DNA from: an uncultured Thermococci archaeon
Lineage (GTDB): Archaea > CAYQAE01 > CAYVLA01
DNA length: 28,896 bases
Assembly (NCBI GenBank): GCA_964549615.1
Contig: CAZJVP010000086.1
Coordinates: 1 to 28,896, forward strand
Reading direction: 5' to 3'
Shown here piece after piece: positions 9,058 to 18,301 of the stretch. The stretch's first letter is position 1. Each line of letters opens with the position of its first letter. The notes below the pieces were generated by a model. The model did no database searches and was not told where the DNA came from. It saw nothing but the letters and a program-made list of their open reading frames with translations. The position numbers and the translations under genes were made by a program.

Positions 9058-9337
9058 TCCGATACCCCGAGGCCTTTCTGGTCCTCATCTCTTTGGCCTC
9101 GTGTTGGAGGTCCACGCCGCTTGCTCGTTGGCCGGACAGGCAGCCGTAGATGGCGCCCACAGGGTCTCCCACCAGGTCAACGAGATCCGCCACCTCCCTG
9201 ACCCTTGCAGTCCATTCTGACAACGCCTTCTCGGAGGCAATGCTCAGTGAGCCCTTACCATAGCCATACAGCTTCATGGCGGCTTCTCTGAACTTCTGTT
9301 CCACCTCGTCGGAGACGTAGACCTTAATGCGTCCCAT
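9047..9337 (-). CDS. Ribbon-helix-helix antitoxin (VapB-like)
   Basis: MGRIKVYVSDEVEQKFREAAMKLYGYGKGSLSIASEKALSEW has the archaeal RHH pattern. It overlaps the vapC start by 11 nt. Confidence 0.8.
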   Translation of the reverse strand: MGRIKVYVSDEVEQKFREAAMKLYGYGKGSLSIASEKALSEWTARVREVADLVDLVGDPVGAIYGCLSGQRASGVDLQHEAKEMRTRKASGYRNAP

Positions 9338-9721
9338 ACGCGATTCCTTGGGTCTTAAGGCACAAAGGAATTCATATCTCTTGCTGAGATTGAGGCCGGC
9401 TCACGGATCAGATCGCCGGGACTCCGCTTTGGTGGCCTCACGGCGCCCTGCCACGCAGACGGGGCGATCGTGTTACGCTGGGGCGCCAGGGTCAATACTC
9501 GTTTCAAGCACTGGGTGTCAATGCTGGTTCTGGCGTCCTTGACGGGCGAATCGTCATCTGCGTGCCTTTTCCTTTTGAGGAGTGCCCGATAGCACAGCCG
9601 CCTTGCAGCGAACTCGGGCCGCTTCGCCCTCGCGCCATATGGGTCTTCGCTCGACGCCTGCCTATTCGCGTGCCCGCGTTGGCCTCGGACCGGTTGATCT
9701 CGCCAACTGGCCTTCGCTCGC

Positions 9722-10651
9722 TCATGATGCCTGGCGCATGAACCGCTCCACCTTGCCGAGGGTGGGAAACGATCGATCCCTGCGCTGGATGTGTACCTCC
9801 GCGGCAGCGACGGCGAAGTCGGCGACCTTCTGCAGGTCCCAGCCCTTGGTTAGGCCGTAGACGAAGGCCGCGTTGTACACGTCGCCCGTGCCGGTGGGGT
9901 TCACGACCTGCACGTCGTGGGGCCTTGCCCTGATGACCTCCTTGCCGGTCACGACCGCGGACCCAGCCTTGCCGAGGTGAAGAGCGACCATCTCCGGCCC
10001 CGCCTTAAGCAGCTCCCTTGCCCCCTGGAGGGGGTCGGCCTTGCCGGTGAGCTTCTCGACCTCGTCCTTGTTCGCGAAGAACACGTCGGTCTGGCCCAAG
10101 GCGACGAAAACCGACCTCACCCTATCCCGGGTCCAGCCCCGGTAGTCCCAGCCGACATCAAGCGAGGTCTGCGCGCCGTGTTCCCTGGCCCTGCGCAGGA
10201 CCTCAGCGGTCGGCCGGCCGAGCATCCGGTCCGCCCACCAGTATCCCGAGCGATGGACGTGCTCGGCCCCTTCGACGAGGGACAGGTCAAGGTCATCAAG
10301 ACGAAGCTCCCTGTTGGAGCCCAGCGTGGCCAGATAGGCACGTTTGCCGTCCTGGAAGGAGAAGGCGAGGGTGATGCCGCAGGTCATGCCCTTCTTCCTC
10401 TTGACCTTGACCTCGACTCCGTGCTGCTGCATTTCCGAGATCAGCCAGTCGCTCATGGCATCGTCGCCAAGCAGGCCCATGAACCTGGTGGGCAGGCCGA
10501 GGGTCGCCGTCGCCGCGGCGAAGTTCGCGGCGCATCCGCCAACCATCAGGACGTAGTAGTCGATTATGGTGGATGCTTCCTTGCGCGGGAAGTCGGCCAG
10601 GGGCTGGCTTATGAGGTCTATGTTGAGATCCCCGACGCTCACGATCTTCAT
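9722..10651 (-). CDS. PfkB/ribokinase-family carbohydrate kinase
   Basis: Motifs VGDLNID, GGCAANFA, FFANKDE and NPTGTGDVYNAAF. TTTAAG lies 36 nt upstream (10687-10692). Confidence 0.95.
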   Translation of the reverse strand: MKIVSVGDLNIDLISQPLADFPRKEASTIIDYYVLMVGGCAANFAAATATLGLPTRFMGLLGDDAMSDWLISEMQQHGVEVKVKRKKGMTCGITLAFSFQDGKRAYLATLGSNRELRLDDLDLSLVEGAEHVHRSGYWWADRMLGRPTAEVLRRAREHGAQTSLDVGWDYRGWTRDRVRSVFVALGQTDVFFANKDEVEKLTGKADPLQGARELLKAGPEMVALHLGKAGSAVVTGKEVIRARPHDVQVVNPTGTGDVYNAAFVYGLTKGWDLQKVADFAVAAAEVHIQRRDRSFPTLGKVERFMRQAS

Positions 10652-10771
10652 GGTCTTGCCCGGATCGCTTCCACTCTACGCAGGGACTTAAATTGATCGG
10701 TTCCGAGCCGCGATGTTGAGGACATGGCGAGGCGAAGATCTTAAGGCGGCGGAGCGTCTACGTGATCCCTT

Positions 10772-10999
10772 TCATTGCCGGTCCCGCAGGAACACTGTGG
10801 TAGGGCCGGTTGAACCTTGAGCCGACATGCACGTGCCCTGCTGGCGAATCTGCGGGCAGGTGGGGTCACCGACCTGCTTAGCATTCGCGTTGGTCTTGCG
10901 CGGGCGCGGAATCCGCCTCAGGGTAGCTAGGAATGAGCCCGCGAGCAGTACTCCAAGAACGGATGCCAAGTTCAGGACGGCACGTTTCAAACTTGTCAT
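10772..10999 (-). CDS. Small single-TM hypothetical protein
   Basis: Hydrophobic AVLNLASVLGVLLAGSFLATL followed by basic RRIPRPRK. ATGA overlap with the upstream RHH gene. Confidence 0.4.
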   Translation of the reverse strand: MTSLKRAVLNLASVLGVLLAGSFLATLRRIPRPRKTNANAKQVGDPTCPQIRQQGTCMSAQGSTGPTTVFLRDRQ

Positions 11000-11544
11000 T
11001 TGTCGGCGCTCCCTTGGCGCGTTTCGGTGATCGTTGTGTCCGATGCCACTATGAGGGCGGAGAATCGAGTGACCTTCCTGTGTGATCTGAGTTTCGACGG
11101 CCGATGACCCGGCTTTCCATCAGCACCTCTTCGTGGTGCCTCGGCCGGCCCGTTGGTCGAAGCGCGATGTCGGCCGACAGCTTCCATGATCTTGAGGCCC
11201 GGGTCCTTCCGCGCTCGAGCCAGGGAGTCCGCTGAGCCAGTTTCGCTCGTGGGTTCGCCGAGATCTGGGTGATCCGGGGTGAACCATTGGTACACCTTCT
11301 CCTCCAAGTAGAAGTCGACGGCATCCCAGAGGAGGCTTTCGACCGAGAAGCCGGTTCGGCGGTTCGCTTCGCGAAGCTTGGCCAGAATGCTGGCGGGCAG
11401 CCTCACCCAGGTCGAGGTAGCAGGCTCACCAGGGCAGTTAGGTTGGAGGGCCGAGGGATCTGAAGCGGGGCCGTTTTCGGTTTGGCTTTCTGCCATCTCG
11501 AAGATGGCGCGTGCGAGCGATTCCGTGATCGTCCTGCGGGCCAT
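10996..11544 (-). CDS. Hypothetical protein with a central ribbon-helix-helix-like domain
   Basis: TWVRLPASILAKLREANRRTGFSVESLLWDAVDFYLEE fits the RHH/CopG pattern. A GAGGT SD-like site precedes the ATG; the flanks look disordered. Confidence 0.55.
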   Translation of the reverse strand: MARRTITESLARAIFEMAESQTENGPASDPSALQPNCPGEPATSTWVRLPASILAKLREANRRTGFSVESLLWDAVDFYLEEKVYQWFTPDHPDLGEPTSETGSADSLARARKDPGLKIMEAVGRHRASTNGPAEAPRRGADGKPGHRPSKLRSHRKVTRFSALIVASDTTITETRQGSADK

Positions 11545-11922
11545 TTTCCTAACCTCTCTTCATATGCGGCCTTGGTAGGGCTGGAACTGTAGTTGATGGT
11601 TGCCTGGTACAAGGTGGAACCGTTCGTTCCACTTGCGCAAGGCGGCTTGAAAAAGCCGGGCAGGTTGGGTCCGATCGCGCTCAACGAACACAACTGCGAT
11701 CTCGCGAAGGGGCAGCCTAGCACTCAGTGGTGGCAATACCCATTGCGAACCATGAACCTGGCTGGAACCACCACCTCCATACCCTGGCAGGGCTTCGCGA
11801 AGGGGATCTAGGTCTGGAACCATTCCCGAAGTATTCCCTCGGGATGAGCCATGGGTAGGGCAGTGGGCAAAAAACATATTATAGGCCTTTCCGACGCTGG
11901 GCGGGCTGGGAAGTGTCGTTGG

Positions 11923-12675
11923 ATGCCCCTAGGAATAAGCTCGTGGAGCCTTCACAGGAACCTTGGGGCAGGCCGGCTGTCGATACTCGACTTTCCATAT
12001 AGGGCGAAAGCCCTCGGCTTTGAGGACATCGAGGTGCTCACAGCCCATCTCGACGGGAATGCCATGATATTGAAGGAAAGGTGCAAGGACGCCGGCATAG
12101 CTTGGAACTGCGTCTCGGTCGAAAACAACTTCGCCCTACTGGACGAGTGGTCCAGGAATGAGCAGGTACGGATCGTCAAGTCGGCCGTTGATCTTGCCTG
12201 CGCCGTCGGTGCCAAGATCGTGAGGGCCTTCTTCGGCAGCGTGGTGGGTGAGCCTCCGGTGGGGCTCAAGTACCTCACGCTTGAGTGCCTGAAGGAGGTG
12301 GCCCGTTACGCCAAGGAGAAGGGAATAATCATCGCGATGCAGAACCACGGCAACTACTGCAACACCGCGGACGAGATCCTGGAGATGATAGAGGCGGTGC
12401 GAAGCGAGAACCTGCGCGTTTGCCCTGATACGGGGAGCTTCCGCGGGAACGTGTATTCCGAGCTGCAGAAGCTGGCTCCTCTGGCGGTGCACATGCATGC
12501 CAAGACGTACGCCTTCAACGAGAAGGGCGACGAGACCACCCTCAACTACCGGCGAATCTTCAGGATCTTCAAGGATGCGGGCTTCGAGGGCACCTACTCG
12601 CTTGAGTACGAGGGGGAGGCCGACGAGTGGGAGGGGATAGAGAAAAGCCTTGCCCTCTTCAGGCGCTACATCTAG
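11923..12675 (+). CDS. Sugar phosphate isomerase/epimerase (xylose-isomerase-like TIM barrel)
   Basis: Motifs GISSWSL, GFEDIE, MQNHG, CPDTGSF, HMHAK, GFEGTYSLEYEG. Start moved to ATG 11923; TATTATA at 11877-11883. Confidence 0.9.
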   Translation: MPLGISSWSLHRNLGAGRLSILDFPYRAKALGFEDIEVLTAHLDGNAMILKERCKDAGIAWNCVSVENNFALLDEWSRNEQVRIVKSAVDLACAVGAKIVRAFFGSVVGEPPVGLKYLTLECLKEVARYAKEKGIIIAMQNHGNYCNTADEILEMIEAVRSENLRVCPDTGSFRGNVYSELQKLAPLAVHMHAKTYAFNEKGDETTLNYRRIFRIFKDAGFEGTYSLEYEGEADEWEGIEKSLALFRRYI

Positions 12676-12768
12676 CCTTCTCGTGCAAGTCACACCCGGC
12701 GGGGTGGAAGAACAGTTTATATCCGCGGCGGGCCCGCCTGCGGCCGGCCGTCCACGGAGGACGCCATC

Positions 12769-15700
12769 TTGTTCGGCGTCGTAGGAACCGTTGAGAGGGT
12801 GGAAAGAAGGACCGGGAGCCAGGGCCAGTATGCCCGCCTCAAGGTTGCGCTGGAGGGGGGTGAGGAGCGGTCGGTCTTCTTTGCCTCCACGGACGAGCCG
12901 GAAGAACGAGGGATGCCCTGCCTGCTGCAGTTCATCGAGAGGGGCATCGTCAGGGAAGGGACCCATCTCCTTTTCCACAAGCCGCCCGAGGAGAATGAGT
13001 GGTTCAGGTGGCATGGCTACAAGGACCGTCAGGGCCTTTGGAGGAAGGGTCCGGGCGTTACCGTGGACGTTGACAGGTTGGTGCCCGTCTACGAGGCGAT
13101 CCCTTACTGCAGGCTGAGGGGTTTCGTGACCGGGCGTCTCGGAGTGGAGGAGGTGACGGCCGAAACCAGCGTCATGGGCATAGTACGCCACCGGATACTC
13201 CAGAGGCACTGGAGGCTGCTCTGGGGAGAGCTCTCGGCCGGGCGGTCCCCTGCGGAGGCGCTGCGCGTCGCAAGGGCGGGAACGGAGGATCTCATCGATG
13301 TGCTTTCCAGGGAACTGGGCATCCCTGATATCGCCACCGAGGCAGGCACGACGCTCTCCACGTGCGAGGAGATCTCCAACGAGATAATGGCGTGGGCTGG
13401 GCCGCACGGCTACTTCTGCTCCGAGTACAACGTCCTAAGCCACAGGTTCGGCCTGGTCGGTAGGGCCGATTTCGTGGGGCTGAGGCGGGGGAAGAGGAGC
13501 GAGGGCCGGGTGATAGAGTACAAGATAACGGATCAAACCGCCATCTACGAGCGCAGGGATGGCTGGGGGGCGAGCAGGGCGTTGCTCCAGGCAGCTACCT
13601 ATGCCGAGATGCTCAGGGAGGCACTTAGGGTTCCCGACGCCGGTGCCGAGGTATGGGTTTTCGACAAGTGGACAGGGGGGATGGCGCACAGGCATGGATG
13701 CGATGTGGCCGAACTTACCAGCCAGCTTCAGCGCTCGCTCTGGGGACGAGATGAGTACCTGTACTCGATCAGCTCGCCCGTGCCGGACATGGAAGACTTC
13801 GGCAAGAAGAAATGTGCATCCTGCGGCTTCAGGGACGTATGCAGGAGGCTTGCCGGGTATCGGCCGGACGGCTTCCTGTCAAGGATTCGGGATGCGCTGG
13901 ACCTGGAGGCGGAGGCCGGGTGGCGGAGCTTCCGCGCCGGGCCCACGGACAGCCTCTTGGAGGAAGGCATAGTCGTGCCCGCAAGCGACATTCTGGCATA
14001 CAGCGAGGATGCCCTCGTGGTGAGGCTGAGGGACTGGGAGAAGGATCTATCCGTCACGCCAGGCTCCTTCGTGAGGCTGTCGCCCGTCGAGGCAAGTCAC
14101 GGATGGGGATTCGGCGTTGTGCGGAGCATCCAGCCGGACGCCATGAAGATCGCGCTGCGGGATCCTCTGACTCCGCCCCTTCTGTCAGATGGGAAGCTGA
14201 GGTTGGATTTCTCCGTGCCTTTGGACTTCTCCGGCCGCGCCAAGATGGCGATCACGGCAATTGAGGTCCCGGGACTTTTGACCGACGACGATGAGGTCAG
14301 GGGCCATCTTGAGGAGCTGAGGCGGGCCGTGGAGGACGCATCGTCCGTGAAGTCATGCAGCGTCGAGGCAGGTTTCGTGGATCTGAACGAGTCCCAACAG
14401 AGAGCGGCACGGATGATCATGGCATCCAAGCTGACCGTCGTCCATGGGCCCTTCGGATCCGGCAAGACGACCGTGATCGCCAGGTCATCCGTGGAGCTAG
14501 CCAAGCAAGGGAAAAAGGTCCTCGTCACCAGCTACACCAACAACTCCGTCGATAACGCTTTGCAGATGATTCGGGACCTCTCTCGAAGTGAGGGCCTTTC
14601 GCTGAAGATCGTCAGGATCGCGACCGGGAACAGGCAGCAGGACCTAGAAGGGATCGAGGTGGTGGACACCCACCACTTCGGCAGGGAGGGGATCTCCCTC
14701 ATGAGGGAGGCAGACATCGTGGGCTCAACGCTCATATCCTGCCTGAGCAACGCGTTCCGGGACGCGTACATGGAGAAGGGCGGCTACGTGAAGCTCCGCC
14801 ATCTGCCTTTCGATGTGGCCATCGTGGACGAGGCCTCCCAGTGCATCCTTCCATATGCCCTGATCCCGTGCCTGATGTCCAAGAGGTGGGTGCTGGTTGG
14901 AGATCACAGGCAGCTTGAACCCTTGGTGTTGGACGCGCGCGCAGCGGACTTCCTCACCAGCTGGTTCGACATGGCCGTCAGGGACCTTGGGGAAGGCGGA
15001 GAGGCCGTCATGCTGGACGTTCAGTACAGGTGTCCGCACGAGGTGGGGAGCTTCCTCTCCCGACATTTCTACGGCTCGAAGCTGAGAAACGACGAGGAGG
15101 CCGAGAACCACGACCACCGCCCTATCGAGGTCGACGCAGCCGCGGCATCGAATCGGATCAATGCCAAGTTTTCGGCGGCGGGCCTTGATATGCAGATGAG
15201 CCCCGGCCAGATTTCGATCCTCGCCAATCCCCGGAACCACCTGATCTTCATCGACACGGCAGGCCGCAGCAGGGAGAGGGGACGGAAGAGCAAGTCAAAC
15301 TCGGGGGAGGCGATAGTTGCCTCGGAGGCCATGGGCATCCTGGGCCAGGCTACGTCGGACATGCTCTTCCTCTCGCCCTACCGCGCCCAGAACAGCCTCG
15401 TCCGCAGGATGGTTGCGGGGGACGTCAGGATGGGCACCATCGACAGCTACCAGGGCAGGCAGGCCGACATAGTGATCCTGAGCCTCGTGAGGAGCAACGC
15501 CAACGGCCTGCTTGGCTTCTTGCGCAACGTGAGGAGGCTGAACGTCGCCATGTCCAGATGCATGAAGAAGCTCGTGGTGATATCGGATTCGGCCACCATA
15601 AGGATGAACAGGGCAGACCTTGACGCCCGCGAGGTGCTCATGGACTACATCCGGACGTCCAAGGAGCTCGGAACGTACATCTGCCTCGCCTCGCAAAGGG

Positions 15701-15798
15701 CCGATGTGGTTGAGAGGGCGAGGCGAAGGGAGCTCGCCTTAAGGCCCGGGTTGAGAATAGGAACAACCAAGCGGCCAGCCCATGAAGCCGGCGCGTGA
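12769..15798 (+). CDS. Dna2-like nuclease-helicase: Cas4/PD-(D/E)xK nuclease with predicted Fe-S cysteines fused to an SF1B (Upf1/Dna2) helicase
   Basis: Nuclease motifs: PYC, GIVRH, SEYNV..GLVGRAD, IEYK, QAATY, CASCGFRDVC. Helicase motifs: LNESQ, GPFGSGKT, DEASQ, GDHRQLEP, QYR, SPYRAQ, TIDSYQG, RRLNVAMSR. TTTATA at 12716-12721 and GGAGG before the TTG start. Confidence 0.88.
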   Translation: MFGVVGTVERVERRTGSQGQYARLKVALEGGEERSVFFASTDEPEERGMPCLLQFIERGIVREGTHLLFHKPPEENEWFRWHGYKDRQGLWRKGPGVTVDVDRLVPVYEAIPYCRLRGFVTGRLGVEEVTAETSVMGIVRHRILQRHWRLLWGELSAGRSPAEALRVARAGTEDLIDVLSRELGIPDIATEAGTTLSTCEEISNEIMAWAGPHGYFCSEYNVLSHRFGLVGRADFVGLRRGKRSEGRVIEYKITDQTAIYERRDGWGASRALLQAATYAEMLREALRVPDAGAEVWVFDKWTGGMAHRHGCDVAELTSQLQRSLWGRDEYLYSISSPVPDMEDFGKKKCASCGFRDVCRRLAGYRPDGFLSRIRDALDLEAEAGWRSFRAGPTDSLLEEGIVVPASDILAYSEDALVVRLRDWEKDLSVTPGSFVRLSPVEASHGWGFGVVRSIQPDAMKIALRDPLTPPLLSDGKLRLDFSVPLDFSGRAKMAITAIEVPGLLTDDDEVRGHLEELRRAVEDASSVKSCSVEAGFVDLNESQQRAARMIMASKLTVVHGPFGSGKTTVIARSSVELAKQGKKVLVTSYTNNSVDNALQMIRDLSRSEGLSLKIVRIATGNRQQDLEGIEVVDTHHFGREGISLMREADIVGSTLISCLSNAFRDAYMEKGGYVKLRHLPFDVAIVDEASQCILPYALIPCLMSKRWVLVGDHRQLEPLVLDARAADFLTSWFDMAVRDLGEGGEAVMLDVQYRCPHEVGSFLSRHFYGSKLRNDEEAENHDHRPIEVDAAAASNRINAKFSAAGLDMQMSPGQISILANPRNHLIFIDTAGRSRERGRKSKSNSGEAIVASEAMGILGQATSDMLFLSPYRAQNSLVRRMVAGDVRMGTIDSYQGRQADIVILSLVRSNANGLLGFLRNVRRLNVAMSRCMKKLVVISDSATIRMNRADLDAREVLMDYIRTSKELGTYICLASQRADVVERARRRELALRPGLRIGTTKRPAHEAGA

Positions 15799-15889
15799 GC
15801 GGTCTGCGCGCCGAGGCGGGCGGATCTGGCCTCGGCGGCCCGACAAAGATTTATACGGGCCGCGTCCCGGCCCAGTCCGAGGCACTCGC

Positions 15890-17107
15890 ATGGCAAGGTA
15901 CCTTTCACCCCTGGTGATCGGCCCCGACGGGCTGGCCCCGGACCCGATCAGGAGCTTCGTCAGGCGGGCTAATGCCCTGGAGAAGGAGACGGGGCGCAGG
16001 ATCATCAGGCTGAACATCGGCGAGCCCGACCTCCCACCTACGGCGGTCTTGGAGGCCTACAGGAGGGGCCTCAACTCCCCCGATGCAGTGCAGTCAAGCA
16101 ACTACCCGCCTGCCGAAGGTTTGCCGGCGCTCAGGGAAGCGATATCGGGGATGGAGGCAAAATGCTTCGGGGTCAATGCGCCCGACTCCCGGGTCTACAT
16201 CACGCTGGGGGCGTGCGGGGCACTGAAGTTCATCTTCAAGGTTTTGGGAGCGCGGGGAGCCCAGGTGAACGACCTGATAGCCCTGGCACCGGGCTGGGGC
16301 GTCATAACCAACTTCGCCTGGGAGTACCAGATCCGAACCAACTTCGCGCAGCTCATAACCCCCGACGGCCGGTTCAAGGAGGACGAAGCCCAGAAGATGG
16401 TCGGCGACCGGACCGTCGGGATCTATGTGAACTCGCCGAACAATCCGACGGGCAGCATCCTGTCCAGGCACACCGTGAGATCCATACTGAAGTTTGCCCG
16501 GGACAACGACATGTGGGTGGTGACGGATGAGGCCTACCAGCACCTCGTCCATGGCCCGCTTGCGGAGCACGTGTCCTTCGCAAGGTATGCAGAGTTTGCG
16601 GATCGCGTCTTCAAGTGCATCTCTTTCTCGAAGATACTAAAACCCAACATAAGGCTAGGTGCGCTCATCATCCCGGACGGGCTTTCCCAGGAGGTCAGGG
16701 ATTCGTTCTTCACCGCGCTCCGAAACGAGGGGGCGGGAGTGCCGGCCGAGTGCCAGTGCGGAGCACTGGAGGTGCTGCGCACCGACCCCGAACTTTCCTA
16801 CATGGCGGAGGTCAACTCGCGCTACAGACGGAAGGTTGAGGCTGCAAAGCCGATCCTCAGGGAGTCGGGTTGCTCGTTTGAGTCCTACAACGACCCAAGG
16901 GCAAGCTTCTACCTCTTTCCTAGGACGCCGGTTGCGGATTCCCGGGCGCTCACCGAGTCCTTGCTCCAAAACGGCGTCAGCGTCGTTCCGGGGACCAGCT
17001 TCTACCTTGACTCCCACATCAGGATCGCCATAGGCACGAACATGTCTTTGCAGGATGTGGAGGAGGGCGTGAGGAGGATCGCCTCTACGCTCTCGAAAGC
17101 TCCTTGA
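15890..17107 (+). CDS. PLP-dependent aminotransferase, class I/II
   Basis: Motifs LNIGEPD, NSPNNPTG, TDEAY, SFSK (PLP lysine) and HIRI. Start moved to ATG 15890; TTTATA at 15850-15855. Confidence 0.93.
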   Translation: MARYLSPLVIGPDGLAPDPIRSFVRRANALEKETGRRIIRLNIGEPDLPPTAVLEAYRRGLNSPDAVQSSNYPPAEGLPALREAISGMEAKCFGVNAPDSRVYITLGACGALKFIFKVLGARGAQVNDLIALAPGWGVITNFAWEYQIRTNFAQLITPDGRFKEDEAQKMVGDRTVGIYVNSPNNPTGSILSRHTVRSILKFARDNDMWVVTDEAYQHLVHGPLAEHVSFARYAEFADRVFKCISFSKILKPNIRLGALIIPDGLSQEVRDSFFTALRNEGAGVPAECQCGALEVLRTDPELSYMAEVNSRYRRKVEAAKPILRESGCSFESYNDPRASFYLFPRTPVADSRALTESLLQNGVSVVPGTSFYLDSHIRIAIGTNMSLQDVEEGVRRIASTLSKAP

Positions 17108-18281
17108 TCTGCTGCAGGACCTCTGAGGCCGGCGCATCGGTCTTAAGACCTGTGCCCGTGATGTGCGTCGGGGTCGCGTGGAATCCCTGCGCCCGGAGGG
17201 CGTCGATGAGCCGAGAGGTTGACGGGGCAGGCACGCCAAGCATCCTCGAGGAGTGATGGGTGTCGTAGAACGAGAAGATGTCGGCCTCTTCTGCGACCTT
17301 CTTGACTATCCCGGCTGCCTCATCCCCCATCCCGGGAAACGGCATCAAGCTCGTCATCGAGGTTACGAACCCGTCATTCTTGAGGGGGCCGGTCCAGAGA
17401 GGGCCCGAAACTTCCATGGCCGTGCCGCAGCAGAGCTCCCGTGGCGGCAGGAATCCCCGCGCTGGCCGTCTGGACCCGCACTTGAAGCAGTGGAGCGCCC
17501 AGCCCATGCTGCCAAGGCTTTCGTCCGCTGCCCTGCGAGAACCCTTGACCTCCAGGTACAGCCTGTAGTAGTGCGCCGTGGCATGCGAGAAGACGGGTCT
17601 GATCCCGATCTCGACCGAGCAGGCCCTCCGCACGATGTGGCCCGCCAGTATCCTGAGGCCGATCTCGTGCCTGTACTCGGTCTTGACCGGAATGGCGTCG
17701 TACCTGCGCATGCAGGTTCTTGGGTAGGTGCCGCACAACGGCGCGGTGTCCGTCGCGGTCACGCAGAAGAGGGAGCCATGCCTCAGGGACTTCAAGCAGG
17801 AGGGAATGAAAAGGACGGGCGAGCCGAAGGGGTCCAGGTCGAGCACGTCGAACGCGTGCTTGTGCTGGGCCAGGAAGGCCAGCGCCTCTTGGTTGGTGAT
17901 GTAAACGTTCTTTCCGTCGACCGTGCAGGTTACGAGTCCCTTCCTCCGCCTGACCGATCTTGGCCGGAAGTTGAGCTTCATGTTCTTGAACATGAGATCG
18001 AACGGGGTTCGCCCGACGTCGTTCATGTGAAGCTCTCCTACGCCATCCAACCCGAGGAAGCGCAGGCCTCTCACCCCGGTCGCCGAGAGGAGATCGCACA
18101 CGGAGATCAGCCGCCGCTGCGTGCGAGCATAGGCGGCGACGCATAGGACGGCTATGTCCCTGTTGGGAACCATCCGCGGGTTGTAGAAGGCCGCCATCTC
18201 GGATGAGACTTTTCCGCCGGGCTGAAGGGGCGCAAGGATTTGAAGCCCACCCTCTTCCTGAACCTCTAACTCGGACTCCAC
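17085..18281 (-). CDS. trm1: tRNA (guanine(26)-N2)-dimethyltransferase
   Basis: Motifs FYNPRM..NRD, LSATGVRGLR, DLDPFGSP, VTATD, HEIGLRIL, CFKC, GPLWTG, THITGTGLKTDAP. Confidence 0.96.
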   Translation of the reverse strand: MESELEVQEEGGLQILAPLQPGGKVSSEMAAFYNPRMVPNRDIAVLCVAAYARTQRRLISVCDLLSATGVRGLRFLGLDGVGELHMNDVGRTPFDLMFKNMKLNFRPRSVRRRKGLVTCTVDGKNVYITNQEALAFLAQHKHAFDVLDLDPFGSPVLFIPSCLKSLRHGSLFCVTATDTAPLCGTYPRTCMRRYDAIPVKTEYRHEIGLRILAGHIVRRACSVEIGIRPVFSHATAHYYRLYLEVKGSRRAADESLGSMGWALHCFKCGSRRPARGFLPPRELCCGTAMEVSGPLWTGPLKNDGFVTSMTSLMPFPGMGDEAAGIVKKVAEEADIFSFYDTHHSSRMLGVPAPSTSRLIDALRAQGFHATPTHITGTGLKTDAPASEVLQQIKELSRA

Positions 18282-18301
18282 TGGCGCGCCCCGCCGAAGC
18301 G

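Noticed and set aside
9504-9725. 73-aa ORF overlapping the PfkB stop (ATGA)
   Set aside because: Low-complexity Arg/Gly/Ser composition typical of non-coding GC-rich DNA.
10740-10825. CTTAAG followed by a bulged GC hairpin (about 10778-10809), considered as a small RNA
   Set aside because: The stem relies on several G-U pairs in GC-rich DNA and matches no tRNA, C/D-box or other RNA family I can recognise.
12136-13407. 423-aa minus-strand ORF
   Set aside because: Overlaps two well-supported plus-strand genes and has no motifs.
12769-13900. Cas4-like domain taken as evidence of a CRISPR-Cas locus
   Set aside because: No repeat-spacer array or other cas genes; the domain is part of a Dna2-like fusion.
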